A stretch of DNA of 64,000 bases. Source: Lama guanicoe. Its lineage: Eukaryota. This document shows, piece after piece, positions 39,485-52,442 of the stretch. Position 1 is the stretch's first letter; the number at the start of each line of letters is the position of its first letter. Made by a program: the position numbers and the translations under genes. The DNA is taken from NCBI GenBank assembly GCA_013239625.1, contig MU054212.1:5366270-5430269 (forward strand). The letters run 5' to 3'. Below the pieces are notes generated by a model, which was not told the origin of the DNA, searched no databases, and saw only the letters and a program-made list of their open reading frames with translations.

Positions 39485-39640
39485 ATTCAATCTGTTAAAT
39501 ATTTACTGAGAACTCATATGTACTATCCATTATACTAGGCATGAAATAATTTCTGACAATTTGAGGCTCCCTTTCCAGTGGGAGAAACCCAGTGTAGATG
39601 AAGACACAAAATGAATGATTTCAGGAAAATAGTAGTGTTA
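39485..39640 (-). mobile_element. L2 3' end
   Basis: attcaatctgttaaatatttactgagaactcatatgtactatccattatactaggca. Confidence 0.6.
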
Positions 39641-40282
39641 GAGACACAAAGAATAACTTTTTCTGGGAAGAATTTGAGAAAAAAGAATTGGGATTAATAA
39701 AAACTAAATTGGATTAGAATAGAGGAAGAGGAGGCAAGGACATTCCAGAGAGAACAAGATTATGAAAGAATAAAATATGAAAGTAGCCAGTAGGGTAGAT
39801 TCTAGAAAGGAGGTTGAGTACACTGAATAAAAAGAGAAATGGACTCCACTCTGGAAGTTAACTGGTGACTTTATATGGCTGTGGTTTTCAATGACATGGA
39901 ATTTGCTTGGTACTATTAGAAAATAAGATAGGATCATCATTTTTATCCTGAGATTAATGACTCTTCTTGTTATCTCAAAGCAAATTAATTTTTATGAGTC
40001 ACAACATCTCAGTATAAAATGGTGAGGCTGAAAGTCAGATTACAAAGGAATCAAGAACTAAATAGTAACTAAGAAGATTAGCAGAAGAAATGTTGATGGT
40101 GGGGCATGTGAAAAAGCACCAGATGTTGGAGATTAGACAGCATGCAGGAAAAAAAAATCATAGTTAAAAAAAATTCTGTTTTACATTAGTTGGTTGGGTT
40201 AGCCCAAAACTTGAGTTAGCAAAGAGGTTATCTTTAGCAGGAAAAATTCAAACATGAGAAATGTGGGGAGGCTAATGAGTAT

Positions 40283-40506
40283 AGTACGGAGGAAGTAGTT
40301 AAGGATACGAATGTTGGAGTCAACAGACTCTGGCTGTGTCACCTCCTGCAAGTTATTAAAACTTTTGGTGCCTCTGTTTTCTCATCTATATAATGAGGTT
40401 ACTAAAATATACTTCAGAGTGTTGCTTGTGGCTAAGTTAAATAATATAAATTAAGTGCTTAGAATGGTGCCAGGATGTAGTGATCACTCAACAAAAGATA
40501 GCTATA
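40283..40506 (+). mobile_element. MIR SINE
   Basis: gtagttaagga...gtgcctctgttttctcatctatataatgagg...aagtgcttagaatggtgccagg. Confidence 0.85.
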
Positions 40507-41351
40507 AAAAATTGATCATCATCTACAAACTGGATAAGCAAGTGAAGAACAGATTAGAAAGAACAAGTCATCTGTTTAAAAAAAGAAAACAAACCTATAA
40601 CTGCCTCCTCTTGTACTTCAGAAAGGATTGAAATTCTTTTGGCAAAATGCTCTTTCAGAGTTTAATTTCCACCAACTATTCTGCCTCTCCTCAGAGGGAA
40701 CAGTCATGGTAGCAATATTCTTGTAACAATTTTTTGAGTGACATTGGTTGCTTCAAATAATTTTTCAATAAATTATTTAGTATTTATTTATACTAAGAGG
40801 AATCTGGTATATTATGCAAGCGTCTAGATTTTATCCTCTATGTTTTTTAAAATTGTATTTCCATTTGCCATAGATTGATGTTAACACAGAGCCAGCAGTT
40901 GGGGAATGACTAGGTCCCAGATCCAGAGGTCAGGCCCCTGGACTGACCTGCAGCCAAAGCCCACCAGGAAATACGAGGAATTTACAAGGCTTTACTTTCA
41001 ATTCTCTTGCCTTCTCCTTTGACCAAACACCAATATCTACTTCTGGGAGAAGAGACCCCCAAAAACCTGAGACCACTCACCACCAACAAAATAGTCTAGG
41101 AACTGGGAATAGCAAGGAGGTTTGAAGGGAGGAGATCAAATATTAAAAATTTACTAGTTACATCAAACCACAGTATATCTTAGTGAACTACAGGGCCAGG
41201 GTGTTAAGAAGCTAAGGAAATAGTTATTAATTTAAAATGGATTGAACTTATTTCCCATGTTTATGTCTGCTTTATAGGCTTTTGTTTAGATATACGTCAA
41301 GAGAGTACAACTTTTTAAGCCTTTATTCCTTTTTCTCTTTCTGTACAACAG

Positions 41352-42396
41352 TTTTTTTTTATTGAAATGTTGTCAGGTTATAGTGTCATGTCAAATTCTG
41401 GTGTACCATGTAATAGTTCAGTCATACATATACATACATATATTCGTTTTCATATTCTTTTTCATTATGGGTTACTATAAGATATTGAATATAGTTCCCT
41501 GTGCTATACAGTTTAAACTTATTTATCTGTTTTATATATAGTAGTAAGTGTCTGCAAATCTCTAACTCCCAATATATCCCTTCCCATCCTCTTCCCACCC
41601 TGGTAACTATAAGTTTGTTTTCTAGGTCTGTGAGTCTGTTTCTGTTTTATAAATAAGTTCATTTATCTTTTTTTAGATCCCACATATAAATGATATCATA
41701 TGATATTTTTCTTTCTCTTTGTGGCTTACTTCACTTAGAATGACAATCTCCAGGTCCATCCACATTACTGCAAATGGCATTATTTTATTTTTTGTGGTTG
41801 AGTAGTATTCCATTGTATAAATACACCACAACTTGTTTATCCATAAGCAAAACAAAAAGACAATCTATGGAATGGGAGAAAATATTTGCAAAAGATGAGA
41901 CTGACAAGGGCTTAATTTCCAGAATATATAAACAGCTCATCCAACTTAATAACAAAAAAACAAACAACCCAGTCCAAAAATGGACAGAAGACCTAAACAA
42001 GCAATTCTCCGATGGCCAATAGGCACATGAAAAAATGCTCAATATCACTAATTATCAGAGAATTACAAATCAAATCTGCAATGAGGTATCTCACCTCACA
42101 CTAGTCAGAATGGCCATCATTCAAAAGTCCACAGACGATAAATGCTGGAGAAGGTGTGGAGATAAGTGAACCCTCCTACACTGTTGATGGGAATGTAGTT
42201 TGGTGCAGCCATTATAGAAAACAATATGGAGATTCCTCAAAAAACTGAAAATAGACTTACCATATGATCCAGCAATCCCACTCCTGGGCATATATCTAGA
42301 GGGAATTTTAATTCAAAAAATACATGCACCCCAATGTTCATAGCAGCACGGTTTACAATTGTCAAGACATGGAAACAACCTAAATGTCCATCAACA
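41352..42396 (-). mobile_element. L1 insertion with 5' inversion: 3' end on minus (41352-41843), upstream ORF2 piece on plus (41844-42396)
   Basis: ORFs 41673-41855(-) and 41774-42022(+) carry L1 ORF2 motifs in opposite orientations. Diverged TSD acaacagtttttt / acaataatttttt. Confidence 0.93.
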
Positions 42397-44720
42397 ATAA
42401 TTTTTTAAGTAATGTTAAATATTCTTTAAGCACCATACTGAAATACTTTGCATAAGTGTCTGTGTTGTTCACATTGCTTCAGTGTGCCTTTCTTGGTTCT
42501 CATTGCCAAAATCAGGACAGAATCTATATAAATCTATAAAACCCTTAATCATTAACACCATTTCCATCAGGTTAAACTCCCAACTCAGTCATAAAAATAC
42601 TAATGAATCTTAATATGGCTCCATGAATAGTCTTAACTGTGACAGTCCTGAGTGTGTGACCAGTGTGTGTGCACCAAGCTGATTGAACCTTTTTTTTTTT
42701 TTTTACAATAGCTTTTTAGTTCGGTGTAGGGGAGGAAAGAGCCTGCCTTTTCACAATATGCCAAACCTTGAATAGTTCCAATTTCAGCCTAATCACACTG
42801 TCCTTAAAATTTCACTCTGCTTGAATAATGAAACAGGATGGTATGAAAATTGTATGAAACTAGCATGCCCCGGGACAGGTAGGGTAGGATGTAATTACAT
42901 CTGCTTCAACAGCTGGAGTGATGTGCTGTAAGGAAGGCTTTTAAGGTGACAGAAGTTAATTGCACAGGTTTTAGGGCAGAAGGAAATGTATGTGAAGAAG
43001 CAAAGGGAAAGGACACAAACCCCGAAAAGGTGTCAGATTTAGAAATTTGAGAGGAAAAGGATTATTTCCAATTAGAAATGGACATAAAAAGGTAAATGGC
43101 AAGCCACTTTTTTCAATAAAAGAAATAAAAAGGAGACTCTTGGCTGAGTGGAAAGCACTGCATTCCTTCCTCGCTAGCCTCCCAAGCATAAAGCGCTGTA
43201 TGATGTACCTGCATATAAAATAGGATGGCCTCCCATAAACCAGGCTATGATATTTCCCCAGTGACACTGGACCACAAGGCAGCTCGGTAAGAAAGAGCAC
43301 ATTTTCCTACCATGTCTGTAATGACAGCAGTGCCTATCTTGGAGTAGGTAGGTATCGCAGGGCCATAGAAACCACGATGCAGTCAGTCTTGTCTCCAGCT
43401 GGAAAATACAAAGCTTTTGAAAAAGACCCTTTGGGTGGCATTTCTCTAATGAAGGCTGAATCACTTTTTGCAAGCTGTGTGAGTTTGTCACAAAGAAGAG
43501 AAAGGGACTATGTATGATAGTAGGTGTCACATTGAAAATAAAAGTTTCAAAAGGAAAAAGGGAGTAAGCTGTGTTATCAGTCTCAGTCTCACCCATCTTC
43601 CCCAGAGGGCAACCTTTTTACAGAACTAGTTGGACATAAGCTATGCTATTTACTCCTGGCAGGTGTACAGTAAACACAGTATCTTCCATACATATTCTTC
43701 ACTTCCTCAATGTCTTCAGAAAAAGTATGTGATAAACCACCAAAAAAAAGAAATCTCCTTGGATTGTGTATAACTGTAGATTCTTCTAGAAATGTAGAGA
43801 GGTATACAAGTATTTTTTTTAATAAGCCTGGTATTTTGAGTTATAACATTTGCTCAAGGATATTATCACTCGATCTTTAATTGATGCTGCTAAATTAATT
43901 GTATGGCACTAATATACTTAATAAAGACTGAGGGTTGCTCAGAGAATAAAGTTTATTGTTGAATTTTAATGCATAATGCAAATATATCAACGTAATTGCT
44001 CATTCTTCCCCATTCTTTGGACACTTCATTTTGATTAGCTAAATGTGTTTTGAAGACATTTTTTCAGTTTGCTGAAAAAGTCAAAATCTTCCCTAAGCTA
44101 GAATGTAAACACAAACACTAAATCATTTACTAAATATCTGTCAGCAATTTACAATCCCATAACCTCATTTCAAATTAAAATCTCTTAATGCTCCATCATT
44201 CTCCCCAGGGGAGATCAGCTTGCAATTCTCAAGGCAAATACAAATTTCTCCTCCGGATTCAGCTTAATCCTGATTTCTCATTAGAGGGCTTATTTAGAGT
44301 AACGTGATGTAATCTGCCTTCGCATTATGGACAGCTGTGTTTATCAGCCTCCAGCTATATTAAAGGGGCAGATATATTCATTCATGGTTTCTTTTTTAAA
44401 AGTAAAGCCATTTCAGCCATTTTTATAGGTATTTTGTATACCTTTGCATGAAAAATTTCACCTCAATTCTGTATTTGGTCAACTTCATTTTTGTCTCACC
44501 AGTTGGTTATTTTAAAGAAACAGGGTTTTGGGGAAGGAAAATATAACCCAGATTTTATTTTTCCTTAAAGTGTTTTTAATGAGTGAATCCACACACATTA
44601 AAATTAAATTATAAAATTAAGGTACAAAATTAAAAGAACCATACCACATTAATGCATAATATACACAAATATTTCGAAGATTCATGGAGGGGGGTAGTTT
44701 AAAGAAATTAGATTATCTTT

Positions 44721-44865
44721 GGAGGAGGGTACAGCACAGTGGTAGGGTGTGTACTAAACATGTATGAGATCCTGGGTTCAATTCCCAGTACCTCCATTAA
44801 AAAAAGTTAAAATAAATAAACTTAATTACCTCCCCCCAAAAATAAATAAATAAATAATACGAAAA
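44721..44865 (+). mobile_element. tRNA-derived camelid SINE (Vic-1-like)
   Basis: Head ggaggagggtacagcacagtggtag (A box), cctgggttcaattcccagtacctcc (B box), tail taattacctcccccc followed by (TAAA)n. 11-bp TSD agattatcttt (44710-44720) / agatcatcttt (44866-44876). Confidence 0.9.
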
Positions 44866-46311
44866 AGATCATCTTTATCCTCTAGGCTCTAGTCAAGACT
44901 GCACATACCAGTCACACCCAAAGAAGGTGTTGAAGAGGTTTTTAAGAAGACTTCCCAAAAAATTCACACACTGGCCCTGACTCCAAAAGACTTTTCCTTA
45001 TGGATTACGTGATATTGAACATAGTGTAAAAGACGTATTTTTCTTATTCTTTTCTTGGTACTGATGAAAAGTAATAAATTATAATTTCAAAATAATGATC
45101 TTTCTCACACCAGACAACTTGCAAAGTGGATCAGGGACCGGCTGCATCGTCATATTCACCAGTTTTGGCTGCCACCTCTTTTCCAGACCATACATGAGGA
45201 AGACCCATCAGTAAACAGTTTCACGACTCGGGGGCCGTCAGGGAAACAGAGAATAGCTCCGCTCATCTCTGTGTTGCTTTCTCAGCAAGAGAGAGGGTCT
45301 AGGGCTTAGCTTCCCATTTCACAGGGGCAAGAGCAACCTAGGTACTGCTTGTTAAGGTTGATCTCATTTTAAACTCCTAAATCATCTCTATGATTCTAGA
45401 ATAAATTCTGTACTTTTCACTAGTGGTTGATACTTAACTGTATATAGCACCTGTTCTGAGTACAGAGATACAGAGATATGGAAAAATAATTCTGATTGCC
45501 TTCTTATTTGATATTGTTCACGCTGATTTAAATGCTGATTAAAGAATTAGAAACCTCCGTTGCAGAACTAGCTCATGATGGTGCACGCACCAACAAGCCA
45601 CAGGTAGCTTCTTCGCAGGATGAAGAGTTGTGGTTTAGAAGTTACTCGTACACATCATCCTACAGTAAAAACAGAACACATATGTCAGCGTGGCATCAGT
45701 GTGCATCAGCTGAGGACACTGGTGCTCACGCCTGGTCTCTTAGAATCTGGGTCCTTTGGGCATCCTTGTTTATATGAAACAGTCTATGGCTTTTTTCCCC
45801 CTTCCCTGTAGCTGAACTTTCTATCTTAACAACTTGCTTACCTAGATTCACAGTATCTTACGGGCTTTCCCTAGCCAGTCAGACTGATCCTTAATCTTAT
45901 TGGTCAGTCCTATCCTCCTGTCCCCTAACTCCCAGCTTGAAAAAAGGGCATCCCACCTTTACTCAAAGTTACCACAAGTAACTTTGTACCATTCCTTCAA
46001 ACCCTATCAGTTATGAATGGACAGTGCAGTTAGAAGCATAAGCAAAAGGTATTCAATAGTTCACAATATTATTCAATGGTCACCAAAGAACAAACTAAAA
46101 GGTAGTCTCCAGAAGAAAGGAGGTAGTTGGAAAAATTCGTATGTTTAAATATCGAAATAATACTTGCCTTGGATCTTGAGCAAAATTAAAGTCATAGTGA
46201 ATAATAGATGGAAGAATATGGGAGGGGAAGGAAGGGAGAGGATATCTCTATCTGTATTTACTGAGATGTGTTTATGGTGCTTAGAGTTTTATGAATGATT
46301 AGGGCCATAGT

Positions 46312-46442
46312 TAGGGTGAACATTTATCTTGGTTTGCCAGAGACAGTGGTGAATTTTGCCTTTTCCTGCTGAAATTATTAGCAGCATCCTTTTTACACTT
46401 AAAAGTGTTCCAGTTTGAGTAATAAACCTGATGATCATTCTA
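46312..46442 (-). mobile_element. MER94/MER81-like hAT-Blackjack MITE
   Basis: Termini tagggtgaacat ... atgatcattcta, with internal aaaagtgttccagtttg. About 130 bp. Confidence 0.7.
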
Positions 46443-47408
46443 CCTAAAGCCTGAGAAGTTGTCGTGGTGGGGATGAGTTATAAAAAAATAGTTTTAACTG
46501 AGAGAAAAGTGTTATGATTTGTGGAAAGCAATGAGCCAGCAGTAGACAGGGAAATGATAGGAGACCAGGACTGAAGGTTGAGGCTGCTGATTCTTATGTG
46601 GGTGAGAGTGAATATATTTGCTTTTGTGGAGCGCAGTGTTTGACTTTAAATGTTACAGAAAATGAGATCAACTAGGCAGAGAGAATCCCAGTGATTAAGA
46701 ATTTTGAAGCCTGTAATTTAGACTTCTAATTAGACTTTAGCCAGTAGTCATTTTCCTTCTCAGAAGAGGAGCTTGACTGTCCAATTTATCCTGAAGGATT
46801 CTTGATTCTTGTTGCTTCAGAAAGTCTCAGTTTAAGGCACAAGATTCTATAATCAGCAGAAGTGGCTGCTGTCCTGGTCTAGATGTGGTGTGGATAATAT
46901 ATGGACCGTGACTGTGCCTGTGGAGATGAAGAGGAGTCAAGAAGCAAGAAATAAGAATCTCAACCACAGATACTGTGAGAGTGAGATGAAAACGCATTCC
47001 TTCTCACATGGCACATGTACATTTCATTTACTGCTAGAATGTAAAGAGAAAAGCATGCTAAATACTAATTAATAATATTCTTCAAGATTTTTAACTTCAG
47101 TGACCTCCATTTCTTTATTGCCTTTTCTCCTGTTTGTGTCTCAGCAAAATGAACAAAAAATAGAAATCTGAGCTGCAGTGTCTTGTGTCCTTGACTAGAG
47201 ACATTGCATCTGCCAGAGCCTTTCAGATCAGTGCCCATTGCAGGGTTCTAAGTTCCCAGGGACGCTGTAACAGCTAACAGATGACTGTAGCTCACGTGAA
47301 AATTCCCACTATGTGTAGCTGTGCATTAAGCCTGAAATCACAGTCCACTAATGGGCCACTTTGGCTTGTGCGCTGCTTTTTATTCTTTTTAAATATGATT
47401 ATACTGGA

Positions 47409-47860
47409 TGTGGTGGCCATTTCCCTAGTTGCCTTCAGATTCATTCTCCTCCCTTACACTTTTCTGTTTGGTATCACTCAGCTGACTCTGCAAAGTACAA
47501 TCCCCAGGCTCCTTTGAGACTGATCTCTATTTCAACGGAGAGGCACTGGCAGGTGATTGGAGCACAGGAGGAAGGGAGGAGCAGAGTAACTCCCCGGCCT
47601 TCCCCCATCTCTGCTTCATTCTATGCCAGTGGCTGTGTTTCCATGTGGTTCCAGTCTCCACGAACAAATTTTATCTCCCTTCCAGCTCCTGCCTGGACAA
47701 TTCCACAGTGGTTCTAATCCCCACAAGGCAGTTTTAATTCCTGACTTTTCCTAATAACCTCAATCCCCTGGTTCTAAGCCCAGGAAGATTTCACTTGCCT
47801 TGTTGCCTATTTGGAAATTTATTTCCTCTAACACCTTTATGGAGTTGGATCTCTACCTAC
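47409..47860 (+). mobile_element. LTR33-like ERVL LTR
   Basis: ccccaggctcctttg...ggagaggcactggcaggtgattggagcacaggaggaagggagga...ccagtggctgtgtttcc. Confidence 0.65.
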
Positions 47861-47869
47861 GCGGAAACA

Positions 47870-48054
47870 CAGTCAGCCCTCTGTATCCGCAGATTCAGCC
47901 AACCGTGGAGGGGATTTTCCATCGCGGTTGACTAAGGCCCTGGACACGGAGGGCCGACTGTACTATGTTGTTTTACATAAAGGACTTGAACATCTGTGGA
48001 CTTGGTATCCCCCGGGTCCTGGAACCAGTGCCCCGCAGATGTGAGGGAAGACTG
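47870..48054. mobile_element. Internally deleted Tigger3/MER2/MER8-type TcMar element with two right-hand TIRs
   Basis: Left TIR cagtcagccctctgtatcc. Right TIRs ggacacggagggccgactg|TA (ends 47960) and gatgtgagggaagactg|TA (ends 48054). Confidence 0.85.
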
Positions 48055-48140
48055 TACTATCAACAACATGGTTCTAATGGACTTCCCTTCCCAGCACCTT
48101 TCTTCTAACAGCGTGATGCCCTTTCCTAATTGTGTCAGTG

Positions 48141-48288
48141 GAGGTTTAGAGGCAAGTAGAGGTCTAGATATTTAGATGGTTAGAGGTTACAGGTTTAGAG
48201 GGTTAGAGGTCAGAGGTTTAAAGGTTAGAGATCGCCAGGTCTAGAGGTTTAGAGATTAGAGGTTAAGAGGAGGTTTAGAATAAGGTTA
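48141..48288 (+). repeat. Degenerate (TTAGAGG)n-like tandem array
   Basis: Repeated ggtt(t)aga units, e.g. ggttagaggttacaggtttagagggttagaggtcagaggtttaaaggttagag. Confidence 0.85.
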
Positions 48289-50334
48289 TGATTATGCCGG
48301 TGGCTGGACTGGCTGCATTCTGATTTTTACAGAAGATTCCCAGTTTATGCCTGCTGTCCTGGCATAATTATGAAGACCAGCCTCAAAGATGTTTCAGTTC
48401 ACAAATTATATAGTCATTGTCCTCATTTACACTCTAGAGTTATCACAGTTTTTACAGATTTAAAGATGACAACAACTTCTCACATGAAACATGGAAGTCA
48501 CTACCCTTTCTGTTCCTTGACAAGCTCTAATTCTTTCCCAGTTTATGTGAGCTTCTCTCTTACCCCAGAGGTCTTGGGGTATGACTAGCTTACATTTTTA
48601 CAGAGTGTACAAATATTTAATGAGTAAGTTTTGGAAACATAAGTGAGTAAATATTCACCTAGTGACTGGAGAATTTGAATCCATATTGATAATCAAAAAG
48701 AAACACTAAAGCTTATATAAATGGCTCATTGAACAAAATTATATTTAAATAGTAATGTCCAAAGCAGTGGTATGGACACTAGGTTGGAACAGAAATTGGT
48801 GCTTTTACATTTATGCATCCATTAAGCAATGGCGTTTTGTAGCAGACCATAGACTCGGTGATGGAGAAACAGCAAAGGACAAAACAGGAAGCAGATTAAT
48901 TTGCCTTCAGTGGGATTCCATTGCTATAATAACATGAAAACTGGTACCATGTTTTTTGGGGAAGTAACATAGAAATATATACCAAGGGCATATATGTCCA
49001 TAGCTTTTAACTTATTAATGTCCCTCAGCAATTAATTCTAATGAAATAAAGACAATTATAGATAAAGTCCAGTACACAAGATGTGCTTGCAGTGGTGTTT
49101 CTAATACCAGAAATCGGGCAACTGACAGAGTTATTAAGTAAACGCACACAAACACACACACATATAATTGCATGTTTGCTATCACTATGATTACATTAAA
49201 AACTAGAATGTAAAAACTACCCCCAAAAATGCGGTTGTTTTGGAGGGCAGTGATTTTATAGATCTTTTTTCTATTTTAAAAACTTTCCATGACATAATTT
49301 TCTCATTAAGCCTCTTTAAAAATAAAAGTAAAGTAAAAAATAAATTCACATTAGCCTAACAAAAATGATTAAGAATGTAAGACATTAAGGTTTGAAGTTG
49401 CTTTCTTCAAGATGAAAAATTAAACACTTGTGAAATGAATATTTCTCTGCTTCTTTCTGTACATAATAATGAGATGAAGTCTCAGTGTAATAAAAAGACT
49501 GTGGGCTGAGAGCCACAGGCTGGGGGTTTTGTTGCTTTTCTGTCAATAGCCAGTAGCTCACTTTGACTGAAACTCCCTGGACTGTGGTTACTTATCTATG
49601 AACTGATGAATCTGAACTCATTTGACTATTGATCTGTAAAAAGCTTTTTAAAAAAAGAACAGCTACAACTGATTACATTTCCATTGTAAAGTGGACCTCG
49701 TTAGTGATTAGGTTTACATTTATAAACCTGCTTTTATCATTGTATGTTTAAAATGTAATTTGGTAGATCACAAATAAATCCCAGGACACACAGTTTTAAT
49801 ATTAATGCTATAAAAATAATAGACAGCATCATCCTCAGTGTAAAAAAAAAAAAATAGCTGTCTTGTCTTCCTTCTTATTGAAGAGTACTGGTACGTCAAG
49901 GAGCCGTTATGCAAAAAATCTTCTGCACCATATGACATTATCACTCTTTAGTAAATGAAGCAAAAAGATAAAGAGCCCCCTGGATAGAATGTCCCTAATG
50001 AACAGAGAATTGACATTAAAATGTGACAGGCTGACAGACAGAATAATCTGAAGAACTCAAACATTCTTATTGCATGTGTCTGAATAGCCAGGAGATGGGA
50101 GATAGACCAAATTACTATCTTAATTTGTTTTGTCATTGTGATACGCATTTTAATTGACATAGAAATTGTTTAAAAGTTCATTTTTTGAAGAATGTTGCAT
50201 TCATGAAAAATATTCATGTGAAAAGTGCATAACAGTAAGGCAGTAAAGGCAGGGCCTATGCCATATACATATTTCTACGTATACATAGTGGGTCGCCAAG
50301 ACATATACATACAATTAACAATTGATAACTAATG

Positions 50335-50456
50335 CTGAAATGTAAGTTCCACGGGAGCAGGGATTTTTGTCTTTTTTGTTGATGGACGTATACTAAGCTT
50401 CTGGAAGAGTGGCTGGCACATAGTAGGTGTCAATGAATATTTGTCAAAAGAAAGAA
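50335..50456 (+). mobile_element. L2a 3' end
   Basis: aatgtaagttccacgggagcagggatttttgtc...ggctggcacatagtaggtgtcaatgaatatttgt. Confidence 0.9.
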
Positions 50457-52442
50457 CATGATACACAGGAAAAATATTCAATTTCTCACCTAAGCTCGCT
50501 GAGTAATATTATTGCGGAAATGTCCTTCTCGAAAATGTAGTATTTAGAAGGAAACTTAGCAATTTAGCTTGAGGATAACAAGAAGGTGATGGTGAACACA
50601 AAGGTAGATCGGCACGTGCCTGTGAACGACTTTCAGTCTTTAGAATGAGTTACTAGGTTACTAGATATGTAAATCCTTTCAATAATTTCTTCATGAAATG
50701 AAGCAATAAAGATATTAAGATATACTGTAACAATCTGTGTGTGTTTACTGGTTATTTATTGCTTCATATCCAAAACTTAGTGGCCTGAACCACAATGAAC
50801 TTTAATGGCTCTTACAGTGTGTGTGTGTCATACGTAGGGATGGCGCGGCTGGGAAGTTCTGACTCAGTATAATTCCCCATGTCAGGGGCTAGTTCATGGA
50901 AGTAAAGATTGCAAAATTTTTTTCGACTTTATGAACTACAGCATCAGCTAGAACTACTGGAGAAAAACCATAATGTGTCCCACAGCTCTGCTGCAGGTTG
51001 GGAAATACTGCAGGAAAGCAAGAAAGAAATTGATAGGATATATTGATAGGTTTAAATCATTACAGAAACCTGAGAAGTTTTTGTTTTTTTGTTGTTTTAG
51101 AAATGTGAAAAGTTTTTGAAGTGAAAAATCACATCATTAAAATTAGGCTTCTGAGTTACAAAGCAGGAAAGGCAAAGAAATCATTCGTCACCAGTTAAAA
51201 ACAATACTATGGAAAAATACTGCATTGCAACAACAAAAGGAAGGATAATGTCTTGACAGTGATGCTTTCCAGACAACAGTAATGTTTGCATTTATCTTCT
51301 TCTGAAAATAAAGAAACAAACCATTGTTTAATATTTATAAAATGTCAGAAGATAATTAAATAGACAGCTCTAACTTTTTAATAACTTTTAATTGCATTAA
51401 AACAATTTTCAAAGCACATCATTTTACATGACTTTTTAAGTAAGTTTGGAGCTTCGTGAAAGATGGCCTACAGCTCTCTTTTTTCATTTATTCACAACAC
51501 TGGAGGGATGCAGCATGAATATAGAGGTATGATGCCTGTTTTTAATGAACTCCTTCTGAACATGCAAGGTACTCATTTTGTCAGACCATAGACTTTCTGC
51601 ATATACCACTCATGCATTTAGGGGTTACTTTCAATCTCATTTAATATCTTACGAACAAAACAGAACAATGTTATCCGTATAGGATGTAGAAGCTACAAAT
51701 ATGAGTCCCAAATACAAAAACTAGTGAGTACCAGAATTTGAATTATATTTTTTGAGCCACAAAATCATCATCCCACCCTTCCTCACCAAAGAGATACTTA
51801 CATGTTACTTTTAACCACAAGAATCTTACTCACTTGAATCCCCACATTTTTGCCAAACTTTATTTGAATGTTTTATTTTTCCTTTGCAATTTGTCTTTCC
51901 TTAATTGTAATTCTATGTCTTCCATCCAATGTAAATAACATTTTACATGGAACATGTATATGATTCCACAAAAGAAAATATAGGAGGTGGTGGTGATGGT
52001 AAGAGTTGATTTTTAAACTAATGACTTCACAATGTATACTTTATATATATGAACGTAGGAATAGAATGGTAATGATACCTTAAAGTTTGTGCAGGTAATT
52101 ACAATTTTTGACATATAATAAAATCTATATTTAGCCTGTCGAATAGACAGGTTTTACCTTATTCACCTAAAACTCCAGGACCAAACAAGTTAGATAATTT
52201 GATTAAAATTGTAATACTGAAAAAACGCTTTCTAATGTAGTGCACATTTAAGATCAGAAGTCCTATTTTCACCTCCCAAATGAGAAGCCGCTTAGCTTGT
52301 CTCTCACTGTCCTCTTGGAAAAGGAAAGCTTTTCTTAATTTTCAACACCTACCGGCTATATATAATAGTTAAAAAAACTAATTAGCAATAGGTGAATAAT
52401 TAAGTAACTGTTTAAAATTTAATAAGTAAAAAGAATTTTATC

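Noticed and set aside
44721..44795. tRNA-like sequence
   Set aside because: It is the head of a SINE with an A-rich tail and TSD, not a functional tRNA gene.
45155..45266. CpG-rich stretch translating on the minus strand to ...KLFTDGSS..., like a retroviral RNase H motif
   Set aside because: Only a 6-7-residue match in a roughly 36-codon ORF, with no other pol similarity visible.
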